This document shows positions 19,524-29,787 of a stretch of 64,000 nt of DNA, one piece after another. Position numbers and translations under genes: made by a program. Each line of letters opens with the position of its first letter. Position 1 is the first letter of the stretch. Below the pieces are notes generated by a model that saw nothing but the letters and a program-made list of their open reading frames with translations, was not told the origin of the DNA and did no database searches. Location: the NCBI GenBank assembly GCA_039630575.1, contig JBCNUW010000003.1:1-64000 (forward strand). The letters are read 5' to 3'. Origin of the DNA: Candidatus Hydrothermales bacterium. GTDB lineage: Bacteria; Hydrothermota; Hydrothermia; Hydrothermales; JAJRUZ01.

Positions 19524-21905
19524 ATGAAAACCTTAAATTCCTTTTTAATTTTAATCTCCTTTTCATATCTTTTTTCTCTTGATATTCCAAAATCTAATTT
19601 TAAAAAGGGCTCTGTTATCTTTGGATACGTTGTAGATTCAAAAACTAATCAAGCTCTTTCTTATGCTACCTGTCTTATCTATAGAAAAAACGAAGAAAAA
19701 ATTCTTAAAGGAGTTCTTGCAGATGAAAAAGGTTTTTTTCTATTTGATGGAATACCACAAGGTATTTACACCTTAAAATTTGATTTTGTTGGTTACAAAC
19801 TAAAGACCATATCTGATCTTGAAGTAAAACCAGGTGATTCTCTTGTTGACCTCGGTAAAATAGAATTAGAGGTCTCCTATTATGAAACAGAGCCACTTGA
19901 GGTAAGAGGTACTCCTATTCCTTTAAAATTCGAAATAGATAAAAAGGTTATAAACGTTAGAGAATTACAAACTTTTCAATCCGGGTCTGCCCTTGATATC
20001 TTAAAAAATGTTCCTTCCATAAATGTAGATATTGAAGGAAATATAACCTTTAGAGGAAGTCAAAACTTTCAAATTTTTGTAGATGGAAGAAAGACAGCAA
20101 CTGAGCCCTCTTTTTTGTTACAGCAAATTCCCGCTACTTCTATAGATAGAATTGAAATTATCACAAATCCCTCTGCTAAATATGATCCAGAAGGGACAAC
20201 AGGAATTATAAACATAGTGCTTAAAAAGGAAAAAAGAGAAGGTTTTAACATAATTTCAAATTTAAATTTGGGGATGTACAAGAATTATGGTGGAGATATA
20301 TTTATTACTAAAAATATTAATAAGTTAAATGCCTATATCTCACTAAACTATAGCAGAAGAGAATTTCCAAATTCTATTGAATTTGAAAGGACTCTTTCAA
20401 ATAAAACTTTCCTTTCTAAAGGAGAATATAAAAGAGGTTCATCTCCATTTGGAATAAGATCAGGTATTGAGTACCTTCTTAAAAATAGTACAGTTGGTTT
20501 TAATTTAAATATTGGAGAATGGGTAATGAACAATACCCATAGTTCAAATTACTTTGATACAAACAAAGTTTCTCCTTTATTTATAACAGAATCCTATCAT
20601 AAAAGAAAAAGTCCCTATATTGAAACATCTTTTTACAATAAAACAAAATTAAAATCTGAAAAGGAATTTTTGTTTGATTTATCATATAGTTTCAGAGAAG
20701 GTGAAGAATACACTCAGACTTTTAAAAAGAGCTTAGAGGGAAAGATACTTGAAAGTTATAAATCAGAGGAAAGCGGTCCATCTCAAAGAGTTGCTACAAG
20801 GTTAAACTATAATCAAAATATCTTTAAAAATTCTGCACTTGAAATAGGTTTAGAAGGTGATTTTTCTGAAAGTGAAGATGTTACTAAATTTTTCATTTAT
20901 GATATTTTAAAATATAAATATAAAATTTTATACAGTGACTTAATAATTGCACCCTATTTACTTATAAAAAGCAATTTTTCTAAAACATCTTTTCAGATAG
21001 GTTTTAGAGAGGAATTTACAAACAGAAATATAAATTTAAAAGATAGTTCCTTCTATTATACCTTTAAAAGATGGGATTATTTCCCCACAATTCATATTTC
21101 ACACGATTTAAAAGAAAGCGTTAAATTGAACTCAAGCTATTCAAGAAGAATAAGAAGGCCAAGAGTTTTTATGCTTGAACCCTTTGTTACATGGCTTGAT
21201 CCCTACAATGTAAGAAAAGGAAATCCAGAATTAAAGCCTGAATATATTGATAGCTATGAATTGAGTATTTTATTTCCGTTTTTAAAGGGAAGTTTAACTT
21301 TAGAGTCTTATCTTAAAAATGTTTATAACAACATGCATATGGTAAGGGTACCATATAACGATTCTGTTTTTATGATGACGCACTATAATACAGGAAGTTC
21401 CACATCTTTTGGTTTTGAACTTGTTTATGATCTTTCACTTTTAAGATTTTTATCTCTGAGTTTACTTTATGATCTTTATTATTCTAAACAAAAAGGTAGT
21501 TTAATTAATGAGGATTTTAAAAGAGAGTCTTTCAACTATAACTTTAAATTAAGCTTCTACTCTTTTGTTACAAGGAATTTAAGAATTCAGTTAAATTATA
21601 CCTATGAAAGTCCTACAAAAACTCCTCAGGGTGAAAGAAGTAAGGTTCATTCCTTAGATTTATCTTTTCAGAGTTTTTTTGCCCAGAGAAAATTTATTTT
21701 AAGCGTTCAAATAAGAGATCTCTTTTCGTCTTCGTATCACCTTTTTAAAGGTGAAGGTATAAATTATTCTTTCGTTCAAGGTTTTTATCCAAAAACTCCC
21801 TTTATCCATTTTGCCCTTACTTATAATTTAAATAGTATGAATTTTGAGAAAAGAAGAAAGAGAGAGAGTGAAGACAGATTACTTTTAGAGGAAATCGAGT
21901 ATTAA
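19524..21905 (+). CDS. TonB-dependent receptor-like outer-membrane beta-barrel with carboxypeptidase-regulatory-like N-domain
   Basis: Signal peptide; G.VVDSKT...G.Y.L.F.FVGY domain; plug motif IDRIEIITNPSAKYD.EG..GIINI; SYSRRIRRP and GNPELKPE barrel motifs. Confidence 0.85.
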   Translation: MKTLNSFLILISFSYLFSLDIPKSNFKKGSVIFGYVVDSKTNQALSYATCLIYRKNEEKILKGVLADEKGFFLFDGIPQGIYTLKFDFVGYKLKTISDLEVKPGDSLVDLGKIELEVSYYETEPLEVRGTPIPLKFEIDKKVINVRELQTFQSGSALDILKNVPSINVDIEGNITFRGSQNFQIFVDGRKTATEPSFLLQQIPATSIDRIEIITNPSAKYDPEGTTGIINIVLKKEKREGFNIISNLNLGMYKNYGGDIFITKNINKLNAYISLNYSRREFPNSIEFERTLSNKTFLSKGEYKRGSSPFGIRSGIEYLLKNSTVGFNLNIGEWVMNNTHSSNYFDTNKVSPLFITESYHKRKSPYIETSFYNKTKLKSEKEFLFDLSYSFREGEEYTQTFKKSLEGKILESYKSEESGPSQRVATRLNYNQNIFKNSALEIGLEGDFSESEDVTKFFIYDILKYKYKILYSDLIIAPYLLIKSNFSKTSFQIGFREEFTNRNINLKDSSFYYTFKRWDYFPTIHISHDLKESVKLNSSYSRRIRRPRVFMLEPFVTWLDPYNVRKGNPELKPEYIDSYELSILFPFLKGSLTLESYLKNVYNNMHMVRVPYNDSVFMMTHYNTGSSTSFGFELVYDLSLLRFLSLSLLYDLYYSKQKGSLINEDFKRESFNYNFKLSFYSFVTRNLRIQLNYTYESPTKTPQGERSKVHSLDLSFQSFFAQRKFILSVQIRDLFSSSYHLFKGEGINYSFVQGFYPKTPFIHFALTYNLNSMNFEKRRKRESEDRLLLEEIEY

Positions 21906-21923
21906 GTTTTCTTATAATTATTT

Positions 21924-22679
21924 ATGTTAATTTTTATATTTTCTCTTCTCTTTCCAGAAAGACCATTATCACCCCAAGTTATAATGGGTTCTCACATTGC
22001 AACTTATAATTCACCCCTTGCAGTTTTTTATCAACCTGCTCTTCTGCCAGGCAAGTTATCTTTTGCATTTACCTATACAAAACCTTATGAGGGTTTACCT
22101 ATAAATTTTTTTGAATCGGCTGTTTCCTTTCCTCTTTTTAAGTTAAATTTGGGTTTGGGTTTTTCATATTTTGGCGAGGAAATCTATAAAGAAAATTTAG
22201 CTATCCTTTCTTTAAGCTATAAAAACTCTCTCTTTTCAGTTGGTTCAAATTTAAAGCTACTATCCCTTTACATTCCTGAGGTCATAAGCCACAATGAGCC
22301 TTCGTTAGATTTTGGAACAGTTTTATTTTTTCCCTTTGATATTAAAATTGGTGCCTTTACAAGGAATTTTTATAGGTCAAAAAATTTTAAAACTGACATT
22401 CCTTCCCTTTTTGCTTTATCCTTTGGAGTAACACATAAAACATTAGAATTTTTCTTTGATCTTTTATCAGAAGAAAATCACCCCTTTACATACAGTATAG
22501 GTTTTAAAATTAATATTTTAAAATCCTTTTATCTAAGAGGAGGTTTAAAAAGTGAAGAAAAGATTCTTGGTGTAGGATTTGGTATTAATCCTGGTTTTGT
22601 TTCTCTGGAAGGTTTTTATAGAGTTCATCCTTTTTTAGGATCCTCTTTTGCTCTCTCTATATCTTTTTATAAAAATTAA
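21924..22679 (+). CDS. PorV/PorQ-like outer-membrane beta-barrel protein
   Basis: MG..A....AVFYQPALL N-terminal motif, amphipathic strands, LDFG, YLRGG, HP.LG near the C-terminus. Confidence 0.6.
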   Translation: MLIFIFSLLFPERPLSPQVIMGSHIATYNSPLAVFYQPALLPGKLSFAFTYTKPYEGLPINFFESAVSFPLFKLNLGLGFSYFGEEIYKENLAILSLSYKNSLFSVGSNLKLLSLYIPEVISHNEPSLDFGTVLFFPFDIKIGAFTRNFYRSKNFKTDIPSLFALSFGVTHKTLEFFFDLLSEENHPFTYSIGFKINILKSFYLRGGLKSEEKILGVGFGINPGFVSLEGFYRVHPFLGSSFALSISFYKN

Positions 22680-22681
22680 AC

Positions 22682-24082
22682 TTGAGAAATTTTGAAGATT
22701 TTGTAAATTTTTTAAATGATTCTCCTTTTAAAAAAGCAATCAACTTTTTTTTAGATAGAAAGATTGACTTTTATATTGTTGGTGGAGCATTGAGAGATTT
22801 TCTCATCGGCAGAAGTGAAATAAAAGATCTTGATATTTTGATTCTCGTAGAACCAGAAAATATAGTCAGAGATTTTTCTAACAAAATAGGAGCATTTTAT
22901 ATTCTACTAGATGAAAGGGAAAAAGAGTGGAGGTTAATAATCGATAAGACTTTTACCATTGATATAAAAAAAATTAAAAAAAATATTCATAATGATCTTT
23001 TAGAAAGAGATTTTACTATAAATTCACTGGCATTTAAATATGAAGATAAGTCCTTAGTTGATATTACTGGTGGATTAGTTGATATAAAAAGTAAAATAGT
23101 AAAAGCAGTTAAGACTGAAAATCTTTTAAAAGACCCCTTGAGGATGTTAAGAGCTTTTAGATTTATGGCTACTTTAGATTATGAGATAGATGAAGTAACA
23201 CTTAATTTTATAAGGGAAAATAGCGATAAAATTATTCAGTCAGCAAAGGAAAGAATAAACAAGGAGATTTTTTTAATTTTTTCTGAAGGGAAGAATATTC
23301 ATAAGACTATATTAAAAATTAAAGAAACAGGATTACTATTTATTTTAATTCCCGAATTAAAAAGTATGGAAGGTTGTTATCAGATTTATAAGAATAAATC
23401 TCTCGATGTTCTTCTTCACACACTTAACTGTGTGTATTATCTTGAAAAATTTTACAAAAATTATAAAAAAACTTTTTTTAAAGTTTATGAAAAATTTTTA
23501 AAGGAGGTTTTATATCCAGAAAATAAAGTTTTACTTTTCCTTTCTATAATTTTCCATGATGTTGGTAAACCCTTAACAAGAACTCAAGAAGGAGAAAGGA
23601 CTAAGTTCATAGGTCATGATAAAATTGGATCTGAAATTGCTTATAGATGGGCAAAGGACATGAGATTTTCTGAGAAGTTTTCTAAAAAGTTAAGGAACAT
23701 GGTTTATTTTCATATGTATCCCCATCTTTTGGGAAGAGAAAAGCAAATAACAAGAAGGGCAATTTATAGATATTTAAAAAAAGTAGAAGATTTATGGTTT
23801 TTAATTATAGTTCATGCTTATGCTGACTTTCGAGCAACTCCACCTGGTAAAGATCCAAGTTATCTCAAGAATTTACTAAAAAATATCTATGATTTTAAAT
23901 TAGAGAGTGAAAAAGAAAAATTAAAGCCTTTGATAAATGGGTATGATCTGATTGATCTTGGTCTAAAGCCTGGTCCCATTTTTAAGGTAATATTGAACGA
24001 AGTAGAGGAGTTAAGGGCAGAGGGAATTTTAAAAACAAAAGAGGAAGCGTTGATGTATGTTAAGGAAAATTATATTGATTGA
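22682..24082 (+). CDS. Class II tRNA nucleotidyltransferase with HD domain (probably CC-adding)
   Basis: VGGALRD..DLD, ERDFTINS, DPLRMLRAFRF, HDVGKP, INGYDL...G.KPGP. Confidence 0.88.
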   Translation: MRNFEDFVNFLNDSPFKKAINFFLDRKIDFYIVGGALRDFLIGRSEIKDLDILILVEPENIVRDFSNKIGAFYILLDEREKEWRLIIDKTFTIDIKKIKKNIHNDLLERDFTINSLAFKYEDKSLVDITGGLVDIKSKIVKAVKTENLLKDPLRMLRAFRFMATLDYEIDEVTLNFIRENSDKIIQSAKERINKEIFLIFSEGKNIHKTILKIKETGLLFILIPELKSMEGCYQIYKNKSLDVLLHTLNCVYYLEKFYKNYKKTFFKVYEKFLKEVLYPENKVLLFLSIIFHDVGKPLTRTQEGERTKFIGHDKIGSEIAYRWAKDMRFSEKFSKKLRNMVYFHMYPHLLGREKQITRRAIYRYLKKVEDLWFLIIVHAYADFRATPPGKDPSYLKNLLKNIYDFKLESEKEKLKPLINGYDLIDLGLKPGPIFKVILNEVEELRAEGILKTKEEALMYVKENYID

Positions 24083-24147
24083 TAATTTTTTAAAAATTTA
24101 TAATTAACTTTTTTATAGGTTCAATTCCTTTTTTAATTATATATCTT

Positions 24148-24927
24148 ATGGAATATAAAAATTTAAAAATTGAAGATAGGGATTTGTATACTATAATTTT
24201 TCTTTCAAGACCTCCTGTTAATGCTTTATCTCCAGAGCTTCTAAGTGATTTAGAGGATGCAGTTTTAAATATTTCTAAAGATAAAAAAAGTAGAGCAATT
24301 ATAATAGCGGGAGAAGGTAAATCTTTTTGTGCCGGTGCTGATATTAAGGTAATGAAAGATTTTAATTCAATTGAGGCAAGGGAGTTTGCTATAAGGGGGC
24401 AAAATGTGCTTCAGAATATCGAGAATTCTGAAATACCCATTATTGCTGCAATACATGGATATGCTCTCGGAGGTGGTTGTGAACTTGCTCTTGCTTGTGA
24501 TTTAAGAGTTGTAACAAGGGATGCTCAAATAGGGCAACCTGAAGTAAAGTTAGGTCTTATACCTGGATTTGCTGGAACTCAAAGGCTTTCAAGACTTATT
24601 GGTATCGGTAGAGCAAAGTGGATGATTTATACAGGTGAGATGATCTCCGGAGAAAAGGCTTATGAATGGGGATTTGCTGAGGTTCTTGCTGAGAAAGATA
24701 AACATATCGAAGAAGCAGAGAAACTTGTTCAAAAGATTCTTGAAATGGGTCCAACGGCAATAAAGCTTGTAAAATCGGTAATAAACAGGGGAATTGATTC
24801 AACTTTTAAAACTGCTACAAGTTATGAGGCAGAAAGTTTTGGACTTGTTTTTTCAACTGGGGAACCTAAAGAGGGAATTGAAGCATTTATAGATAAAAGG
24901 AAAGCAAAATGGCAAAAAAAAGATTAA
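24148..24927 (+). CDS. Enoyl-CoA hydratase/crotonase
   Basis: FCAGADI, ALGGGCELALACD, GQPEVKLGLIPG.AGTQRL. Confidence 0.93.
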   Translation: MEYKNLKIEDRDLYTIIFLSRPPVNALSPELLSDLEDAVLNISKDKKSRAIIIAGEGKSFCAGADIKVMKDFNSIEAREFAIRGQNVLQNIENSEIPIIAAIHGYALGGGCELALACDLRVVTRDAQIGQPEVKLGLIPGFAGTQRLSRLIGIGRAKWMIYTGEMISGEKAYEWGFAEVLAEKDKHIEEAEKLVQKILEMGPTAIKLVKSVINRGIDSTFKTATSYEAESFGLVFSTGEPKEGIEAFIDKRKAKWQKKD

Positions 24928-26390
24928 TTGTTATTACAGTTTTAGGAATAATTTTTCTGACACTTCTTTTTTATTACATAAAACCAGGTACTGCCCCCTA
25001 TGTAGTAAAAGAGGAAGAACTTGAGAAAATTCCCACAGAGGAAGCTATTTTTGGGTATGAAAAACTAGATGAACTTTGGATGGGTGTTTATGTTGGAGAT
25101 AAAAAAGTTGGCTATGTATATACGAGGGTAAAAAGAAGAGAAAAAAGTAGAGAGATTTATCAGAAGATGTATATAAAAGTCATTCAACTTGGTCAGGTTC
25201 AAGAACTTTTTGCCACTACTATAGTTAATACAGATGAGAATTATTCTCCAAAGGATTTTGATTTTATTCTCGAATCGTTACAACAGAAAATGAAAGTAAA
25301 GGGTTTTTTTAAAAAAGATAAACTTTTTCTAAATGTTGAAACTCCTGAATTTAAAAGAGATTTTACTTTGGATGTTCAAGGAATTTCACAACTACCTGTG
25401 ACACTTGAGAAGTTGATAGAGGAAGGTAAAATAAAAGATAAAATGGAATTTTCTTACTTTGATCCAACTACATTTAAAATGGAAAAGGGAGTAGTGGAAT
25501 ATTTAGGAAAATCAGAACTTGATTATAAGGGAAAAAGGATTTCAGCTGATCATTACAGGATAAAGGTCTCAGTGTTAGCTACAGATGTGTGGTTAGATGA
25601 GCAAGGAATTTTACGCCAAGAAACTCAACCTGAAATGGTCTTTTTAAGGGAAAGTCCGGAAGAGGCAGTTAAGATTGAGGGTAAACCTTTGAACATTCTT
25701 CTTAAATTCGCTGTAAAACCTGAGGGTAAAAAAATAGATGAAAAAGAAAGAAATAACTACAGGAGAGTAATATACCGCTTAAGCAACATAGATTTATCTG
25801 TATTAGACATAGAGTTTGCAACACAGAAAGTTTTGAGAAAAGGTGAAGATTATGTAGTTATAGAGACTTTGAAGGAGGACGTTAAAAATGTATTAAAAAT
25901 TGATACGACAAATATTTCAAAATATTTAAAACCATCAGCTTTTGTCCAATCGGATGACCCTCTTATTATTGAGTTTGCGAAAAAGGGAGCTGGTACTTTC
26001 TCTGATTATAAGGAAGCTGCCAAAAACTTAACTTTACATGTATATAACTATCTTGAAAAAAAGGCTGTTGTGTCCTTCCCTTCGGCTCTTGACGTTTTGA
26101 AAATGAAAAAGGGTGATTGTAATGAGCACTCGGTTCTCTTTGCAGCTTCAGCAAGATCTCTGGGAATTCCTTCAGAAATAGTTGTAGGTCTTGTTTTTAC
26201 AGATGGTTACTTTTATTACCATGCTTGGAATGTTGTTTATCTTGATAAGTGGACATTTGTAGATCCTACTTTCGGTCAGTTTCCAGCAGATCCCCTTCAC
26301 ATAATGTTAAAATTAGGTGGTGTTGAGAAACAGGCAGATGTCATGGCAGTTGTTGGAAAAATAAAGATAGAGGTACTTGATATAGAATAA
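24909..26390 (+). CDS. Membrane-anchored transglutaminase-like protein
   Basis: N-terminal TM segment; C-terminal GDCNEHS, YHAW and VDPT give an intact Cys-His-Asp triad. Confidence 0.85.
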   Translation: MAKKRLIVITVLGIIFLTLLFYYIKPGTAPYVVKEEELEKIPTEEAIFGYEKLDELWMGVYVGDKKVGYVYTRVKRREKSREIYQKMYIKVIQLGQVQELFATTIVNTDENYSPKDFDFILESLQQKMKVKGFFKKDKLFLNVETPEFKRDFTLDVQGISQLPVTLEKLIEEGKIKDKMEFSYFDPTTFKMEKGVVEYLGKSELDYKGKRISADHYRIKVSVLATDVWLDEQGILRQETQPEMVFLRESPEEAVKIEGKPLNILLKFAVKPEGKKIDEKERNNYRRVIYRLSNIDLSVLDIEFATQKVLRKGEDYVVIETLKEDVKNVLKIDTTNISKYLKPSAFVQSDDPLIIEFAKKGAGTFSDYKEAAKNLTLHVYNYLEKKAVVSFPSALDVLKMKKGDCNEHSVLFAASARSLGIPSEIVVGLVFTDGYFYYHAWNVVYLDKWTFVDPTFGQFPADPLHIMLKLGGVEKQADVMAVVGKIKIEVLDIE

Positions 26391-27103
26391 TGTTTTTACT
26401 CAGATTAAAAAAAGTTACAAAAAAATTTGAAAGATTTAAGCTCGGTCCAATTGATTTAAATATAAAAAAAGGAGAAATTTACGGACTTATAGGTCCAAAC
26501 GGTTCAGGTAAGACAACAACATTGAAAATAATAACAGGACTTTTAATACCTGATAGTGGAGAGATTTTTTTAAAAGAAAAATTAATAGATAGATTTGATG
26601 ATTTTAAAAAAAATTTGGGTTTTGTACCTGATAATCCCTTTGTGTATCCCTATCTTTCTGGTTATGAACATCTTCTTTATACAGCAAGGCTTTACAAGTT
26701 GGAAGATGAATACATAAAAGAAAGAATAAATTTCTATATAAAATTGTTTGATATGGAAGGATGGATTGATACCCAGTCAAGATTTTACTCCTACGGTATG
26801 AAACAGAAAATATCTATTGCATCTGCACTCTTACATGATCCAGAGCTTCTTATTGTAGATGAGCCAATAACAGCTTTAGATCCTGTATCAGTTTATAGGT
26901 TTAAAAAACACCTTGTAGATCGCAAAAAAGATGGAAAATCAATTTTACTTGCAACACACTCTTTATTTTTTGCAGAAGAGCTTTGTGATAGGGTTGGTAT
27001 CATTTTTGGTGGTAAGATTTTTAGAGAAGATTCACCCTTAAATTTGAAAAAAGAGACAAATTCAGTTTCTTTAGAAGAGGCTTTTATTAAGATTGTTGTT
27101 TAG
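26390..27103 (+). CDS. ABC transporter ATP-binding protein (ABC-2 type)
   Basis: GPNGSGKTT, YSYGMKQK, IVDEP, ATH. Confidence 0.92.
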   Translation: MFLLRLKKVTKKFERFKLGPIDLNIKKGEIYGLIGPNGSGKTTTLKIITGLLIPDSGEIFLKEKLIDRFDDFKKNLGFVPDNPFVYPYLSGYEHLLYTARLYKLEDEYIKERINFYIKLFDMEGWIDTQSRFYSYGMKQKISIASALLHDPELLIVDEPITALDPVSVYRFKKHLVDRKKDGKSILLATHSLFFAEELCDRVGIIFGGKIFREDSPLNLKKETNSVSLEEAFIKIVV

Positions 27104-27114
27104 AAATTTTTATT

Positions 27115-27903
27115 TCATAGGTAAACTTTACTCTTTCGTTTGAAAATGTTAAAAAGAGCAAAGATAATTAAAAAAAATGTAAGTGTAGCTACAATGGCTG
27201 GACCTGTAGGAATATCGAGAATATAAGATAAAATGGCTCCTAGTATTGAGGATAAAATACCGATTAACCATCCAAAAATAAGCTTCAGAATAAAATTTTT
27301 AAAAAGAAAAGTTGAAATAAGTGGTGGAATTATAAGAAAAGAGAAAACAAGTAACACACCTCCTGTTTGGACAGAGTAAGTCACCGCAAAAGCAAAACTC
27401 GAAAAAAATATTATATCAAATAATAAACTTTTTTCTATACCCTCAGAAAGGTTTAAAAATTTTTTCCATAGTTTAAAGTGTAAAAGACCTATTAAAAGGT
27501 ATACAAAAAATATTCTAATGAGTTTTTCATAGGTAACCCAAAGTAAACTACCTGAAAAGAGCTCTCTTAATGCTTCCTCTCCATGGGGAGCTTTTTCTAA
27601 AAATAAGATTGTAAAGGCTGTAGAGGCAACATAACTTATTCCTATCAGTGCCTCTTGAATAACTTTATTATCATATACTCTGTAAGTAGATAGAAGAATT
27701 GACCCTAATAGACCAAAAATTAGGGAAGATAAAAAGTGGTTTAAGTTAAATAGAAAAGCAAAAGCAACACCCATAGCAACTATTTGAGCAATAGCAAGAT
27801 CAGCAAAGATAATTCCTCTTTTTAGTATATGAATACCAAAGTATGTATGGATTCCTACGAGTATAAATGAAGAAAGCAGTATGGGCAAAATAATTTCAAT
27901 CAT
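27115..27903 (-). CDS. Metal (Zn/Mn-type) ABC permease, ZnuB-like
   Basis: Polytopic; RGIIFADLAIAQ..A.G, LFSGSLLWV, GVLLVFSFLIIP, DIPTGPAIV. Confidence 0.88.
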   Translation of the reverse strand: MIEIILPILLSSFILVGIHTYFGIHILKRGIIFADLAIAQIVAMGVAFAFLFNLNHFLSSLIFGLLGSILLSTYRVYDNKVIQEALIGISYVASTAFTILFLEKAPHGEEALRELFSGSLLWVTYEKLIRIFFVYLLIGLLHFKLWKKFLNLSEGIEKSLLFDIIFFSSFAFAVTYSVQTGGVLLVFSFLIIPPLISTFLFKNFILKLIFGWLIGILSSILGAILSYILDIPTGPAIVATLTFFLIIFALFNIFKRKSKVYL

Positions 27904-28769
27904 TTTTTAAATTCACTCAGAATATTTAAAATATCTTTCATAAGGTCAAAGTAATTTTTGATATTTTCAAAACTATTTATATCATGAGGAAGAATAACAA
28001 ACTTTATACCTGTGAGATCAGAAATTTTTTTCGGAGCTTTTTTGTCATAGTAAATTGAGCTTACTATAAGGGAGACTTTTTCGTTTTTTATTTTCTCAAC
28101 AAGATTTTTAATGTGTTGAAGTGAAGGTGGAATACCTGGTTTTGGTTCAATATAGTCTACAAAATAAAATCCAAACCTTTTTGCTGCATATTCATATAAT
28201 TTATGATAACTTACAAACTTTTTACCTTTAAGGATATTGTAACGTTCAAGCCAAGTATTTAAACTATCACTGATTACCTTTTTTAATTTCTCTCCATTTT
28301 TAAAAAAGATCTCCTGGTTCTTATAATCTAACTCTTTAAGTCTCTTTGTAAGTGAATCGATTATGTAGATGATGTTAATTGGGTCAAGATGATAGTGAGG
28401 ATTTCCAAACGGATGGACATCTCCCATTGCTCTTGTTACGAAAGTTTCTGTTTTTTCGATTATTTCCGGGACAAATTTTGATAAGTTTATATGACTTTTT
28501 TTCCCAGGCATTATTTTAGGATTACCACTTCTTTCTATTAGGTAAGGTAAATACGCTATTTCGAGGTCAAGACCGTTGTAGATAAGCACATCGGCTTTTT
28601 TTATCTCAACTATCATACTTGGTTTTGTGTTAATGTTGTGAGGATCCGATTTTCCATCTACCAAGACATAGATTGAGACTTTTTCGCCTCCTATTTCTTT
28701 TGTTAGCCATCCAATCCAAGGTAAAGTGACAAATATTTTTAATGTTGAAATCAAAAAAAATAAAGTCAT
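27900..28769 (-). CDS. Metal-binding ABC solute-binding protein, ZnuA/TroA-like
   Basis: DPH, NGLDLE, GDVHPFGNPHYHLDP, YH..Y.Y, EPKPGIPPS..H. Confidence 0.9.
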   Translation of the reverse strand: MTLFFLISTLKIFVTLPWIGWLTKEIGGEKVSIYVLVDGKSDPHNINTKPSMIVEIKKADVLIYNGLDLEIAYLPYLIERSGNPKIMPGKKSHINLSKFVPEIIEKTETFVTRAMGDVHPFGNPHYHLDPINIIYIIDSLTKRLKELDYKNQEIFFKNGEKLKKVISDSLNTWLERYNILKGKKFVSYHKLYEYAAKRFGFYFVDYIEPKPGIPPSLQHIKNLVEKIKNEKVSLIVSSIYYDKKAPKKISDLTGIKFVILPHDINSFENIKNYFDLMKDILNILSEFKK

Positions 28770-28781
28770 AATTTCCCTCCT

Positions 28782-29714
28782 TTAAAACGGATGAGCCCCA
28801 TGTGGTCCAACACTGAAATTTGTCTCAAAAAAAATTTTTTTCTCTTTTACCTCATAACTTAACCTAAACCTTGAAAACTCTGTAGGACTAAAGTCAATCA
28901 TGATTATGTTTTTTCTTATACTTTTATTTTCCTCTTCCAAGAGGTCAAACCTATAACCAAGTCTCCATCTTGGCATAAATTTATAAACAAAATCAAAATA
29001 AAAGGAATTAAAATGTCTTTTAGCATCTTGGAAATAACCACCTGTAATCAGTAAACCTTTTAACCTTTCTTCTCCTGGTTTTATCCTTTTTAAAACTATT
29101 TCAATTCCAACCCATTTTACAGTATCCTTTTTTAGACCCATGTAGGTAGACATCCATAAAGTTGTGCTAAAAGGAATTTCATTTGAAAAATGGAGATAAC
29201 TTAAATAATTATAAAAGTTGTTTTCTTTATCCTTAAAAATTTCTATTCCTGGTTCTATAAAAATTTTAAAGGGGAAAATGTAGGATATACCTATACCGAT
29301 TCCGTTTACCCCTTTATCTTTATGATTTTCTACTTCATGGAAATGTGAGTGGTTTTTATGGTCAAAGGTTAAATATTCATACATTTGGGGTAATTCGGGG
29401 AAGTCATAAAAATGAGGATGAAAGGTGTTCAATCTTGTGAATCTACTTTTGAATTTTCCAATAAGTATTTCAAAAGGTAAGGTTAAAGTTTTTGAATATG
29501 CCTCCTCTAATTCAATCCCTTTTTCAGTAATTGGAAAGATGCCATAAAAAATAAAATAGGGATCTATTGCACCTTTCATTACAAATTCAAAAGAAAACTC
29601 GCTAATTATATGATTTGTATCGAGATCTTTTTGAAATTTTGAGTATAAAACTCCCCCAAACTCGGGGTTAAAGTATGGTTGCAAAATTTGTGTTATAAAC
29701 AAAATTTCAAACAT
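28782..29714 (-). CDS. Outer-membrane beta-barrel/porin associated with metal ABC operons
   Basis: IDPYF, LEEAY, GKF..F.RLN.FHPH, His-rich insert HKNHSHFH, PTEFSRFRL, C-terminal GPHGAHPF. Confidence 0.75.
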   Translation of the reverse strand: MFEILFITQILQPYFNPEFGGVLYSKFQKDLDTNHIISEFSFEFVMKGAIDPYFIFYGIFPITEKGIELEEAYSKTLTLPFEILIGKFKSRFTRLNTFHPHFYDFPELPQMYEYLTFDHKNHSHFHEVENHKDKGVNGIGIGISYIFPFKIFIEPGIEIFKDKENNFYNYLSYLHFSNEIPFSTTLWMSTYMGLKKDTVKWVGIEIVLKRIKPGEERLKGLLITGGYFQDAKRHFNSFYFDFVYKFMPRWRLGYRFDLLEEENKSIRKNIIMIDFSPTEFSRFRLSYEVKEKKIFFETNFSVGPHGAHPF

Positions 29715-29787
29715 ATTTTACCTCCTTTTTAAAAAGATATTTAAAAGCAAATTTTGGACTAAACTGATTGATTAAGTAGTGAACTAC

